A stretch of 47,124 nucleotides of DNA from Natrialbaceae archaeon (GTDB taxonomy: Archaea; Halobacteriota; Halobacteria; Halobacteriales; Natrialbaceae), in assembly GCA_003552325.1 (NCBI GenBank), contig PUKM01000007.1:1-47124 (forward strand), written 5' to 3'. A model generated the notes under the pieces. That model searched no databases, was not told the origin of the DNA, and was given only the letters and a program-made list of their open reading frames with translations. This document shows, piece after piece, positions 22,457 to 31,924 of this stretch. The stretch's first letter is position 1. The number at the start of each line of letters is the position of its first letter. A program made the translations under genes and the position numbers.

Positions 22457-22774
22457 TCACTCGGAGTCATGCTCGATCTCGAACAGGCGTGGCTGCAGGA
22501 TATCGGCGATCATCGAACCGACCATCAGCGGCAAGATGATGTAGCCAAACAGGTTGAGCAGGATAAACATCGTCCACTGGCCCAGCGGCTCAGTCGGCGG
22601 CCAAAAGAGCGCGATCGATTCGGCGAGGATGCCACGAGTGAGCACGATCAAGACGAGCAAGACCCCGAAACTACAGAGGAGTCGAAACCCGAGTTCCTGC
22701 CGGTCGATCTCGGGGAACCAGCCCGGTGACGGGTCGGGCCACTCTTCGTCGGACGTGGAGTCTTGTGGTGCCAT
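22457..22774 (-). CDS. Hypothetical two-TM membrane protein
   Basis: ORF immediately downstream of the HD gene, two hydrophobic segments. Confidence 0.6.
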   Translation of the reverse strand: MAPQDSTSDEEWPDPSPGWFPEIDRQELGFRLLCSFGVLLVLIVLTRGILAESIALFWPPTEPLGQWTMFILLNLFGYIILPLMVGSMIADILQPRLFEIEHDSE

Positions 22775-22776
22775 GA

Positions 22777-23604
22777 CTACAGTTCGATTCGCTCGACGAG
22801 TTGCTCGCGTGCCTCGTTCGTGTTGACGGCAACGATTCGGATATCGTCCTCGAGGCCCGAGCCTTTGAGTTTCGATTTGAGGAGGTTGTCGACCTGATAG
22901 ACGCCCGCAGCGTTCGTCATCGCTATCTCGACCATGACGGCACTCGCCGTTCCCGGATGTAACGAGACACGGTCGATAGCCTGGCTCGAGAGGGTGTTGA
23001 TCCCGCGACCACCCTGTTCGTAGGGGATCCGTGAGCGGCCGCGTTCCATATCGAGGGCGTCGGCGACACGGATCACGCCCGCTTCCGTCGTCAACGGGGT
23101 TTCAGCGGTGTGGTGACAGAGGATCGCGTGGAGTACTTCACCTTTCATCCGGACGCTGTCTGCTAAGCCGTAAAACTCGGGGAGGATCCGCTGGAGAATA
23201 TCGGCGGCCAGTGGGATCGAGTAGTAGGCGTGTTCGTCCCGATGCACCAGATGCCCAACGTCGTGGAGCGTGGCGGCGAGGGCGATGATGACGGCTTCGT
23301 CGGCTTCCTCGAGGCCCTGTTGTTTGGCACCGTTGAAATCGACGCCGCCGGCTTTGAGCAGGTCGTACAGACAGAGGGCCCGGTTCGTCACGATCTCGAT
23401 GTGTTTCGAGCCGTGATCGTTGTACCGTTTCCGGTCGACAGCGTTGACGTTTTGGGCCTCGAGATACGTCTGAATTTCCTCGTCGGCACGGACGTACTCG
23501 AGGACGCGATTGACCTTCTCGTCGGGAAACGAGTGGTCTGCTTCGGGGTCGTAGATCCGGTGGCCGTTCCCGTCGGGCGGCTCGGGGACCTCGGTATCGC
23601 TCAT
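22777..23604 (-). CDS. HD-domain phosphohydrolase
   Basis: YNDHG..H, LHDVGH, HAILCH, VADALD; start at ATG 23604. Confidence 0.9.
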   Translation of the reverse strand: MSDTEVPEPPDGNGHRIYDPEADHSFPDEKVNRVLEYVRADEEIQTYLEAQNVNAVDRKRYNDHGSKHIEIVTNRALCLYDLLKAGGVDFNGAKQQGLEEADEAVIIALAATLHDVGHLVHRDEHAYYSIPLAADILQRILPEFYGLADSVRMKGEVLHAILCHHTAETPLTTEAGVIRVADALDMERGRSRIPYEQGGRGINTLSSQAIDRVSLHPGTASAVMVEIAMTNAAGVYQVDNLLKSKLKGSGLEDDIRIVAVNTNEAREQLVERIEL

Positions 23605-23721
23605 ACCACTGCAGTAGGGGGGCAGATAAAAAAGCACTCGGTCGGGAAGCTATGTGGTGTGTCGAAGCAGCGCGTCAGCGCCATACAGTGGTGTGATTCT
23701 CGAGCACGCACGTTCCAGCAA

Positions 23722-24207
23722 TCAGGAGTTTGTCGCCGCTTCGACAGCCGCCTCGAGTTCCTCGTAGTCAGGTTCGACACCCGGGTCGTCACTCACCCAC
23801 GCGTAGGTGACCGTTTGATCGGCGTCGATAACAAACACCGCGCGCTTGGCGAGTCCCTCGAGGCCGATGTGGTCGAAATCCGTGCGAACGCCGTAGGCGT
23901 CGATGATCTCCTTTTCGAAGTCGCTGATGCAGGGGAACGAAAACCCGGCGTCCTCGCGAAACGCGTTCTGGGCGAACGGTGAATCCACGCTCACGCCGTA
24001 GACGCTCGCCTCGAGGTCCTCGAAGCGGTGTAAGCGCTCCTCGAGAGTACACATTTCGTTCGTACACACCCGTGTAAACGCCCCGGGGAAAAACGCGAGC
24101 ACGATCGGTGCCTCCGTCTCGAGGCGGTCGGTGAGCGAGAACGATTCGACGTCGCCGGTGGCTATCGGGGCCGTGATTTCGGGGGCCGTATCGCCGACAG
24201 TAACCAT
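23722..24207 (-). CDS. Peroxiredoxin (redoxin, AhpE/BCP-like)
   Basis: FFPGAFTRVCTNEMC, GVSVDS, KRAVFVID. Confidence 0.92.
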   Translation of the reverse strand: MVTVGDTAPEITAPIATGDVESFSLTDRLETEAPIVLAFFPGAFTRVCTNEMCTLEERLHRFEDLEASVYGVSVDSPFAQNAFREDAGFSFPCISDFEKEIIDAYGVRTDFDHIGLEGLAKRAVFVIDADQTVTYAWVSDDPGVEPDYEELEAAVEAATNS

Positions 24208-24370
24208 ACCGGCGGCTCCGCATGCGAGGTAATTGGAGGTTTCGAAAGCGGCGACTGATAGGGGACGTGGACGCAGGCCGCATGGAGGGAGGTGGCAACG
24301 AGGACCGGGTAGATGATGGGTAGTCGTCTGTGCTGGGTTGGCTCCGATCGGAGGGTGTTGGAAGCCAGTC

Positions 24371-24571
24371 TCAGGCGTTGTTCATCCGCTGACTCGAGCG
24401 CGTGCCACAGCGCTGACATTCGGTGACGCGGTATGGTTCGCGGGAGAACTGAGCGTTTTCCTTCTTGAGGCTTTCAGTCCGGATCTGCACGTTGACCTCG
24501 TGTAACGTATCCAGATTGCACTCCTCGCAGTGTTCGGTCATGCCGTTGAATGAGTTGTCTGTCGTTGCCAT
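24371..24571 (-). CDS. Small zinc-finger protein (CxxC...CxxCG)
   Basis: CEEC...SREPYRVTECQRCG...RMNNA, typical haloarchaeal small Zn-binding protein; TTTAAG on the minus strand ~30 nt upstream. Confidence 0.85.
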   Translation of the reverse strand: MATTDNSFNGMTEHCEECNLDTLHEVNVQIRTESLKKENAQFSREPYRVTECQRCGTRSSQRMNNA

Positions 24572-24902
24572 TGATAGATTAATTAGAGTAGGGGGCTCTT
24601 AAACCCAACTTTCATTTCGGACCGTGAGTTGGGAAAACCGCAAGCAGTAGTTACCTTTATCACTTTAGACTCTCGAGAGGGTTTTAGATGGTTTATCGGG
24701 CTCATTGAACGCTTATTTCATGGTGTTCCGAGTGACGTGTCGGATGGCTAAGATTGGATTACCCGGATTCGAGTAAACGCTCCTCGGGTGGTGGTTTGTG
24801 TCCGCACTCCACTCCCTGTCTGATAAGAGTGATAAAACCAAGTGGGGCCTCTGGTCCCTCAGTGATGATAAGCCCTATCACACCCCCTCGAGTGGATGAT
24901 AT

Positions 24903-25442
24903 ATGGACCAGGTGTTCGCCCCGTGGCGTATCGAGTGGATCCGACGCGAAGACAAGAATCCACGCGTCGAGGAGTGTGTGTTCTGTGAGTTGCCCACCTG
25001 GGAGGACGACCGAAACAACCTGCTCGTCGCCGAAAACCCCCACGCGTTCGTTTTGCTGAATAACGCCCCATACAATCCGGGCCACGTCATGGTGATCCCA
25101 CACGTACACACGGGCGACTATCGAGACCTCACTGACGAGCAACTGCTTGGCCACGCTCACCTGAAACAGCGAACGTTCGACGCGCTCGAGCAATCGCTTG
25201 CCCCGGACGGCTTCAACGGGGGCTTGAACCTGGGTGATGGGGCCGGTGGCTCCATCGATGACCACCTGCACACCCACATCGTCCCACGCTGGAACGGCGA
25301 CACCAACTTCATGCCCGTCCTGAGTGACACGACCGTCATCGTCGAAGCACTCGAGGAAACCTATGCCCTGTTGCACGAGGCGTTCGCTTCCCAGGAGGGT
25401 GCAACGGTCCCAGCGGACTCGAGTGCCGTCCAGTTCACCTAA
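24903..25442 (+). CDS. HIT family hydrolase (Ap4A phosphorylase-like)
   Basis: APWR, CVFC, PYNPGHVM, HLHTHIVPRW. Confidence 0.93.
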   Translation: MDQVFAPWRIEWIRREDKNPRVEECVFCELPTWEDDRNNLLVAENPHAFVLLNNAPYNPGHVMVIPHVHTGDYRDLTDEQLLGHAHLKQRTFDALEQSLAPDGFNGGLNLGDGAGGSIDDHLHTHIVPRWNGDTNFMPVLSDTTVIVEALEETYALLHEAFASQEGATVPADSSAVQFT

Positions 25443-26690
25443 TTAGACTGGCTCGGCGAACGCATACACCGTATTCGCACTCGTCACCTCGAGGTCGACG
25501 AACTGGCCGGGCTCGAGGCCGTACTCGCTGGCGTTCCTGACGATCAGCTGTCGGTATGCCGAATCCCGACACTTCACCGAGTCGCCGGTTCCCGGCTCGA
25601 CGACGAGCACGTCCTCTTTCAGGTCGCCGACCATCGCCTCGTAGGCGGCGCCGACGAGTTCCATTTTGAGCGCCGACATCTCCTTCGAGCGCTCCTTTTT
25701 GATCGTCCCGCCGAGGCCTTTCATGTCGGCGGCGTCGGTTCCCGGTCGTTTCGAAAATCGGGTGACGTTGACCTTCTCGGGACGCGTCCGCCGCAACAGG
25801 TCCATCGACTGTTCGTGATCGTCCTCGGTTTCGGTCGGGAATCCGACGATGAAGTCCGTCGAGAGCGTCCAGTACTCGAGGGCCTCGTCGAAGGTGTCGA
25901 ATATCTCGAGGTACTCCCGAACCTGGTGTTGGCGGCGCATATCGCCGAGCACGTCGTCACTGCCGGACTGCACGGGCGCGTGGAGGAAGTTGTAGAGTTC
26001 GTCGTTGGTGGCAAACACCGCAGCCAACTCCTCGCGGATTCCGTGAACGCCCTTTGGGTTGGCCATCCCCACGCGTACCCGAAACTCGCCATCGATCGCA
26101 CAGATCTCCTCGAGCAACCGGTGCAGCGTTCGTTCCCCCTTATCCCAGCCGTAGACGCCGGTATCCTGGCCCGTGATGCGGATCTCTTTGGCCCCGGCGT
26201 GGACCAGGGCACGGGCTTTCTCGACGTTTTCCTCGATCGGCGGCGAGTCGATCTTGCCCGTCGCGTGCTTGGTGATGCAGTACGAACAGTCGGACATACA
26301 CCCTCGAGCGATCGGCAAGATGCCGATGACACCGTCGAGAATCGGCTCGGCGTCCGGCGTCGTCGTCGGACACTCACCGTTCGTGACGGCTTGGGGAACC
26401 TCGTCCCAGTGAAGGACCGCGCCGTCGAGATCGGCGAAGGCCTCACCCTGAGCGAGTGCCATACAGCCGGTGACGAACAGGTCTGCAGTCTGTTCGCTTA
26501 GCTCGCTTGCCCGCTCGAGCATGTTTCGCTCGGTTTTCTCGACCACCGTACAGGTGTTCAGGATCGCGACGTCGGCGGCTTCGGGGCCGTCGACGCGATA
26601 GTGGCCCGCGTCACGGAGGCGTCGCTCGATCTCGCGGCTTTCACCGCGGTTCGAGGTACAGCCATAGGTTTCGATGTGGTATCGGGCCAT
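25443..26690 (-). CDS. tRNA methylthiotransferase, MtaB/MiaB-like radical SAM
   Basis: ETYGCTSN, NTC, CMSDCSYC radical SAM motif, PVQSGSD, C-terminal TRAM-like domain; start at ATG 26690. Confidence 0.92.
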   Translation of the reverse strand: MARYHIETYGCTSNRGESREIERRLRDAGHYRVDGPEAADVAILNTCTVVEKTERNMLERASELSEQTADLFVTGCMALAQGEAFADLDGAVLHWDEVPQAVTNGECPTTTPDAEPILDGVIGILPIARGCMSDCSYCITKHATGKIDSPPIEENVEKARALVHAGAKEIRITGQDTGVYGWDKGERTLHRLLEEICAIDGEFRVRVGMANPKGVHGIREELAAVFATNDELYNFLHAPVQSGSDDVLGDMRRQHQVREYLEIFDTFDEALEYWTLSTDFIVGFPTETEDDHEQSMDLLRRTRPEKVNVTRFSKRPGTDAADMKGLGGTIKKERSKEMSALKMELVGAAYEAMVGDLKEDVLVVEPGTGDSVKCRDSAYRQLIVRNASEYGLEPGQFVDLEVTSANTVYAFAEPV

Positions 26691-26829
26691 CGTACACCCT
26701 GCTCGGGGGTCACCAGTCAAAAGCCCGACGATCAGTGGCTGTCCTTGCGCATTCTCTCGAACTGGTGAGTGTTCTATGCCAACACGTACCTACAGTAACT
26801 ATTATCTGTTTGACCCTACATTTTTGAGT

Positions 26830-28749
26830 ATGACGCGAATTCAACAAGTTGGTGCACTCGCGTTTGCGCTCGTACTCATCACGAGTATGGGCGTTGCGGC
26901 CGTTGGGACCTCCACGACGTTCGACTCGTCGCCCGACGATCCAATGGGTGCCCACGAAGCAGATGAAGTGTACGTCCTCGATGACGGTGACGCCGTCCTC
27001 GTTTACGAAGAAAGCCACGAAGACGACCCTGACGCCGATGCCGTCGCCGGTGAGTTTGGCATCGAAACCCAGGCTGGATTGATGCACACACTCTACAGTG
27101 CTGACTTCAGTGAGATGGACGACGAAGACGACCCTGGCGTCACCGGTGATATGACGATGTTCATGACGCCGGAGATGATCGGGAGCTCCGGTGACTTCAC
27201 GTTCAGCGACGAGGATGACGAGTTCGACGAGTTCGATGCAAGCGTCGACGTCGAGCAATCACCGGACGACTCCTACGCCGATATGAGCCTCTCGACGGTT
27301 ATCGAGGAGGAGAACTTCGTCGAAGAAGAGACCGTTTACGAGGTCGACGCCTCGAGTGAAACGACGGCAACGAGTCTGAGCACGACCGGTTCGATGACGA
27401 TCGAATCGGCCGAGGAGACTGAGGTCGAGATGGACGAGTCCATGTCCGTGACGCTCACACAGGACGGTGACACCTACGATCTTTCGGTCGACGAAACACG
27501 AACCGTCACCGATCACACCGCCCCCGAGTGGGAGACTGAAGCAGACGCCCAGGAAGCCCTCGAGCGGGAATACCAGGCTATCGCGATGAACCTCGGCGGT
27601 GACTTCGATCTCTCACTCGAGGCCCACGACTTCGACGACGCGACTAACGAAGTCGACCTCGAGTACGAGGTGACCTTCGACGGCGTTCAGGACCAACTCG
27701 CGGAAATGATCGCGATGGAACTCCAGCAGGACCCTGAACTCCAGCTCGATCCGGATGAGGCACAAGCAATGGCTGACCGTCTGGTCTCACTCGAGATCGA
27801 GGAGGCACACGTCTCCGCTGAGATGACCGGCAGCGATGTCGACGCCGAGTGGAACGTCGAACTCGACAACTACGACGAAGTCGTCTTGGGAGTCGTCGAA
27901 ATCGCCGAAGCGATCGACGAAGTCGACGACGAGATGGCCGACCAGTTCGACGAAGTGCGCGACATGCTCGAGGCACAGGCGGACGCTGACCTCGTCCAGA
28001 CGAACGAGTTCGAACTGGCAATGACCGAGCGACCGGAAGAGACCGAACTCGACATGGCGTACAGCGCCGACGCCGACAACTGGGCTGCGTACGTCGACGA
28101 GCTGGAAGACCGTGGTGTCGACCAGTTTGCCGCCGACGTCCAGTTCGATCTCGACGCCGAAACCGACGGCGACGAACTGACGCTCTCGTACGACTACGAG
28201 TCCAGTGAGGAAGCGATGCTCGAGCGCGCACTCGAGGAGATGGAGACGGTGATCGAGCAGGATCCGATGGTCGATGACGAGATGGCCGAGCCGATCGAGC
28301 AGTTCCGTAACGCCGAGTTCGAACTCGCCCGGACGGATATGGAGATCACCGAGGAGTCCGTGGAGTTCGAGGCGGCCATGTCGTTCGATGATATGACCGA
28401 ACTCGAGGGCGTGCCGTTCGAGACTGACGACGGCCTCACGGTCACGTCGATCCACGCCGAAACGGACGACGCGACGACGACGATGTACCTCACCGTCGAG
28501 GACTACGTCAGCGAAGACGCTGACGAGGACGAGGTTCGTGAACACGAAACTGCCGGTGACGAGACGGAGATTCACATCGACGACTGGGACCGCGAGTTCC
28601 CATCGATCGACGAGGATGCCGTCGAGTCCTACTTAGAGGAAGCGACTGCGGACGATGACGACAGCTCGCTCCTCGTCATCGCTGGGGCCGCTGTCGGCGG
28701 AATTGCTGTCCTCGGTGGGCTGTTTATCGCCTACCGAAAACTCGGCTAA
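26830..28749 (+). CDS. Large very acidic secreted protein with C-terminal membrane anchor
   Basis: Sec-type signal (MTRIQQVGALAFALVL...), D/E-rich body, C-terminal TM followed by YRK. Confidence 0.75.
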   Translation: MTRIQQVGALAFALVLITSMGVAAVGTSTTFDSSPDDPMGAHEADEVYVLDDGDAVLVYEESHEDDPDADAVAGEFGIETQAGLMHTLYSADFSEMDDEDDPGVTGDMTMFMTPEMIGSSGDFTFSDEDDEFDEFDASVDVEQSPDDSYADMSLSTVIEEENFVEEETVYEVDASSETTATSLSTTGSMTIESAEETEVEMDESMSVTLTQDGDTYDLSVDETRTVTDHTAPEWETEADAQEALEREYQAIAMNLGGDFDLSLEAHDFDDATNEVDLEYEVTFDGVQDQLAEMIAMELQQDPELQLDPDEAQAMADRLVSLEIEEAHVSAEMTGSDVDAEWNVELDNYDEVVLGVVEIAEAIDEVDDEMADQFDEVRDMLEAQADADLVQTNEFELAMTERPEETELDMAYSADADNWAAYVDELEDRGVDQFAADVQFDLDAETDGDELTLSYDYESSEEAMLERALEEMETVIEQDPMVDDEMAEPIEQFRNAEFELARTDMEITEESVEFEAAMSFDDMTELEGVPFETDDGLTVTSIHAETDDATTTMYLTVEDYVSEDADEDEVREHETAGDETEIHIDDWDREFPSIDEDAVESYLEEATADDDDSSLLVIAGAAVGGIAVLGGLFIAYRKLG

Positions 28750-28806
28750 AGACGTTCCTTTTTCACCGTTCGATTCGGTTTCGGCTCGATCCCTCGAGTG
28801 GCTTCG

Positions 28807-29316
28807 CTACCGAGTCTCGACCAGCGAACGAAACCGGACGGTTTCATCGAGGGTGTTCAGGATGGCAACCGTTCGGTGCTGATCGGGGACGGTCGGGAAG
28901 TGGGCCCCGGGATTGAGGATCGTCGTTCGCCCGACCTCCTCGAGGCGACGTTCGTGATGGTGGCCGTGACAGACGACGTCGTAGGTTTCGCTTTCGGCGA
29001 GTGCTCGAACCTCTTCGAGGGATTCACCGTGAAGGGCGGCGATCGAGAGGCCGTCGAAGGTGAGATCGGCAAACCGACCGTGGAGTTCGCTTTCGCCGCC
29101 GAGATCGGCGAACGCGCTAGCGAGTCCGAGCCGTTCGCCGTCGTTGTTGCCCAGGACGCCGTGGACCTCGAACCGATCGAAGGCGGCGAGCAGCGGTGGG
29201 GCAACGAAGTCGCCACAGTGAACGATGACTTCGACGCCTTCCTCGGCGAAGACGCTGGCAGCGGCTTCGGCGGCCTCGACGTTGTCGTGCGTGTCGGCGA
29301 TAATACCAAGGTGCAT
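28807..29316 (-). CDS. YfcE/Vps29-like metallophosphoesterase
   Basis: ADTHDN, HCGD, GNND, HG, GHHH, NPG motifs. Confidence 0.92.
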   Translation of the reverse strand: MHLGIIADTHDNVEAAEAAASVFAEEGVEVIVHCGDFVAPPLLAAFDRFEVHGVLGNNDGERLGLASAFADLGGESELHGRFADLTFDGLSIAALHGESLEEVRALAESETYDVVCHGHHHERRLEEVGRTTILNPGAHFPTVPDQHRTVAILNTLDETVRFRSLVETR

Positions 29317-29363
29317 ACTCGAGGTGGCTGTCGGGAACTATATCAAGGTTCGGGGGCGGACCC

Positions 29364-30272
29364 CTATCCAAGCAGGGCGATCACCACGAGCAGGGTGGCA
29401 ACAGAGGCCACGGTCGTCGCGAAGACGTTCACCGAGGCGAACGGTGCGTCCCCACCGAGTTCGCTCGAGAACACGTACGTCGAGACGGCGGTAGGCATCG
29501 CGAGCATCACGACGGCGGCGGTGAAGGTATCACCGTCGGCACCCAACGCGGTGAACACGCCCCACGCGATAGCGGGCATACACGCCATTTTGAGTACCGT
29601 GACCGCGCCGGTCGTTCGGAGGTCGAGGCTGGGGAGGTCGACCTCGAGTGAGGCCCCGACACAGAGCACGGCGAGCGGGAGGGCGAAGCCGGCGAGGACG
29701 TCGAGGCCGGCGACGGCCGTCGCGTGGACCGGTACCCCTGCGGTGCCGACGATCATGCCAGCGAGGAGAGCGAGCAAGACCGGATTGCTCACCAGCCGTC
29801 GAACCTGCTGACGAACGGATGTCTCGGTGCCGTTGACGACGACCAGAATGGCGACGGTGAGCGGGACCTGGATCAGGGCCCCGATTCCGAGGATGACACT
29901 CGCGATTGCGGTCACGCTGTCGTCGAAGGTGGCGGCGATCAGCGGGACACCGAGGTAGCCCAGGTTGGCGTGATACGACTGGACGATGGCGACGCTTCGA
30001 CGCTCCTTCGAGACGAGGTGACGGTGCGTGAGTGAGGCAACACCTGCGGTGAGCACGAGGACGGTGGCGACGCCGGCCAGGAGCGTCGCCGAGACGATCG
30101 AGCCGATGGCCTGGTCGTAGGTCGCCACGAACAGGAGTGCGGGGAGGGCGACGTAGTAGGCGATCGCGTTCAGCGTGGCCGTTCGAGGGCCAGTGAGGAC
30201 GCCGCTCGTCCGCAGGCCCGTGCCGACGAGCAACAGGGCCAAAAGCGCGAGCAGTCGAAGGAGGACGTCCAT
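29364..30272 (-). CDS. AEC family transporter
   Basis: YYVALPALLF, NLGYLGVP, NPVLLA, AMPTAV; ~10 TM segments. Confidence 0.9.
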   Translation of the reverse strand: MDVLLRLLALLALLLVGTGLRTSGVLTGPRTATLNAIAYYVALPALLFVATYDQAIGSIVSATLLAGVATVLVLTAGVASLTHRHLVSKERRSVAIVQSYHANLGYLGVPLIAATFDDSVTAIASVILGIGALIQVPLTVAILVVVNGTETSVRQQVRRLVSNPVLLALLAGMIVGTAGVPVHATAVAGLDVLAGFALPLAVLCVGASLEVDLPSLDLRTTGAVTVLKMACMPAIAWGVFTALGADGDTFTAAVVMLAMPTAVSTYVFSSELGGDAPFASVNVFATTVASVATLLVVIALLG

Positions 30273-30370
30273 ACTGCTTCGGAGCCGACTCGAGCATTTG
30301 ATCGTTCGGTTTCGGTCGGGAGCACCAGAACGGACAAGGCTTTAACGGCGTCGCCGCGTATTTTCGTCAA

Positions 30371-31750
30371 ATGGTACTCGACGATCTCGGAAGCTCCCTC
30401 CGAGGCACCCTCGACAAACTCCGCGGGAAATCCCGTATCTCCGAGGAGGACGTCGAGGAGGTCGTCAAGGAGATCCAGCGGTCGTTGCTGTCGGCCGACG
30501 TGGACGTCTCCCTCGTGATGGAGCTCTCAGATAGCATCAAGAGCCGTTCACTCGAGGAAGAGCCACCCGCAGGCACACCGGCGCGGGATTTCGTTCTCCG
30601 TATCGTCTACGAGGAACTCGTCGACCTCATCGGTGAGTCCACGGAACTCCCCCTCGAGGAACAAACGATTCTCCTGGCGGGACTCCAGGGGTCGGGGAAG
30701 ACGACGACCTCCGCGAAGATGGCCTGGTGGTTCTCGACGAAGGGACTCAGGCCGGCAGTGATCCAGACCGACACCTTCCGTCCGGGCGCGTACGACCAGG
30801 CGAAAGAGATGTGTCGCCGTGCCGAAGTCGACTTTTATGGCGATCCCGACTGTGAGGACCCGGTCCAGATCGCCCGTGAGGGCCTCGAAGCGACGAGCGA
30901 GGCCGACGTCCACATCGTCGACACCGCTGGTCGACACGCTCTCGAGGAGGACTTGATCGACGAAATCGAGGACATCGAGGACGTCGTCGACCCTGACGTC
31001 GGGTTGTTGGTGCTCGACGCGGCCATCGGGCAGGGGGCGAAAGACCAGGCCCAACAGTTCGACGAATCGGTCGGCATCGACGGCGTCGTGATCACGAAAC
31101 TCGACGGGACGGCAAAAGGTGGTGGGGCACTCACTGCCGTCGATCAGACGGATTCCTCGATCGCGTTCCTGGGCACCGGCGAGGAGGTCCAGGATATCGA
31201 ACGGTTCGAACCGAACGGGTTCATCTCCCGACTGCTCGGCATGGGCGACCTCGCACAACTCGCCGAGCGCGTCGAGCGGGCGATGGAACAGACGGGTGTC
31301 GAGGAAGAGGACTGGGACCCCGAGGATATGCTCGAGGGACAGTTCACCCTCAAGGATATGCAAAAGCAAATGGAGGCGATGAACAACATGGGTCCACTCG
31401 ATCAGGTCCTCGATATGATCCCTGGCTTCGGTGGGGGGATCAAAGATCAACTCCCCGACGACGCGATGGACGTCACCCAGGATCGGATGCGGACGTTCGA
31501 GGTCATTATGGACTCGATGACCGACGCCGAAATGGAGTACCCACGGGCGGTCGGCGCGAGCCAGATCCGACGGATTGCTCGCGGGTCCGGAACGGACGAA
31601 GAGAGCGTCAGGGAACTGCTCCAGCAGTACAAAATGATGGAAAAGACGCTCAAGCAGTTCCAGGGGATGGGGTCGGACAAGGAGATGCAGCGGATGATGC
31701 AACAGATGCAACAGCAAGGTGGCGGCATGGGCGGCGGCCCCTTCGGCTGA
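30371..31750 (+). CDS. srp54: Signal recognition particle 54 kDa protein
   Basis: [33 protein letters not shown], Met-rich M domain. Confidence 0.98.
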   Translation: MVLDDLGSSLRGTLDKLRGKSRISEEDVEEVVKEIQRSLLSADVDVSLVMELSDSIKSRSLEEEPPAGTPARDFVLRIVYEELVDLIGESTELPLEEQTILLAGLQGSGKTTTSAKMAWWFSTKGLRPAVIQTDTFRPGAYDQAKEMCRRAEVDFYGDPDCEDPVQIAREGLEATSEADVHIVDTAGRHALEEDLIDEIEDIEDVVDPDVGLLVLDAAIGQGAKDQAQQFDESVGIDGVVITKLDGTAKGGGALTAVDQTDSSIAFLGTGEEVQDIERFEPNGFISRLLGMGDLAQLAERVERAMEQTGVEEEDWDPEDMLEGQFTLKDMQKQMEAMNNMGPLDQVLDMIPGFGGGIKDQLPDDAMDVTQDRMRTFEVIMDSMTDAEMEYPRAVGASQIRRIARGSGTDEESVRELLQQYKMMEKTLKQFQGMGSDKEMQRMMQQMQQQGGGMGGGPFG

Positions 31751-31924
31751 ACAGGCAGTTCGTTCGTGCCCTCGAGCGGTCTTTTTACTCGGTTTCTCGC
31801 CTTCGAACCACCCTTGAGACACTGCTATCCTCGAGACTCGAGGCGGGTCCCCGAAAGGATTATCCGCGGCTCCGTCCTACCGCTGGGCAATGATTGTGCC
31901 TCGGGTACCGGGAGGTGAGTCGCC

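Noticed and set aside
31751-31924. Possible SRP RNA next to srp54
   Set aside because: The gap is only ~175 bp, too short for an archaeal 7S RNA, and lacks recognisable SRP motifs
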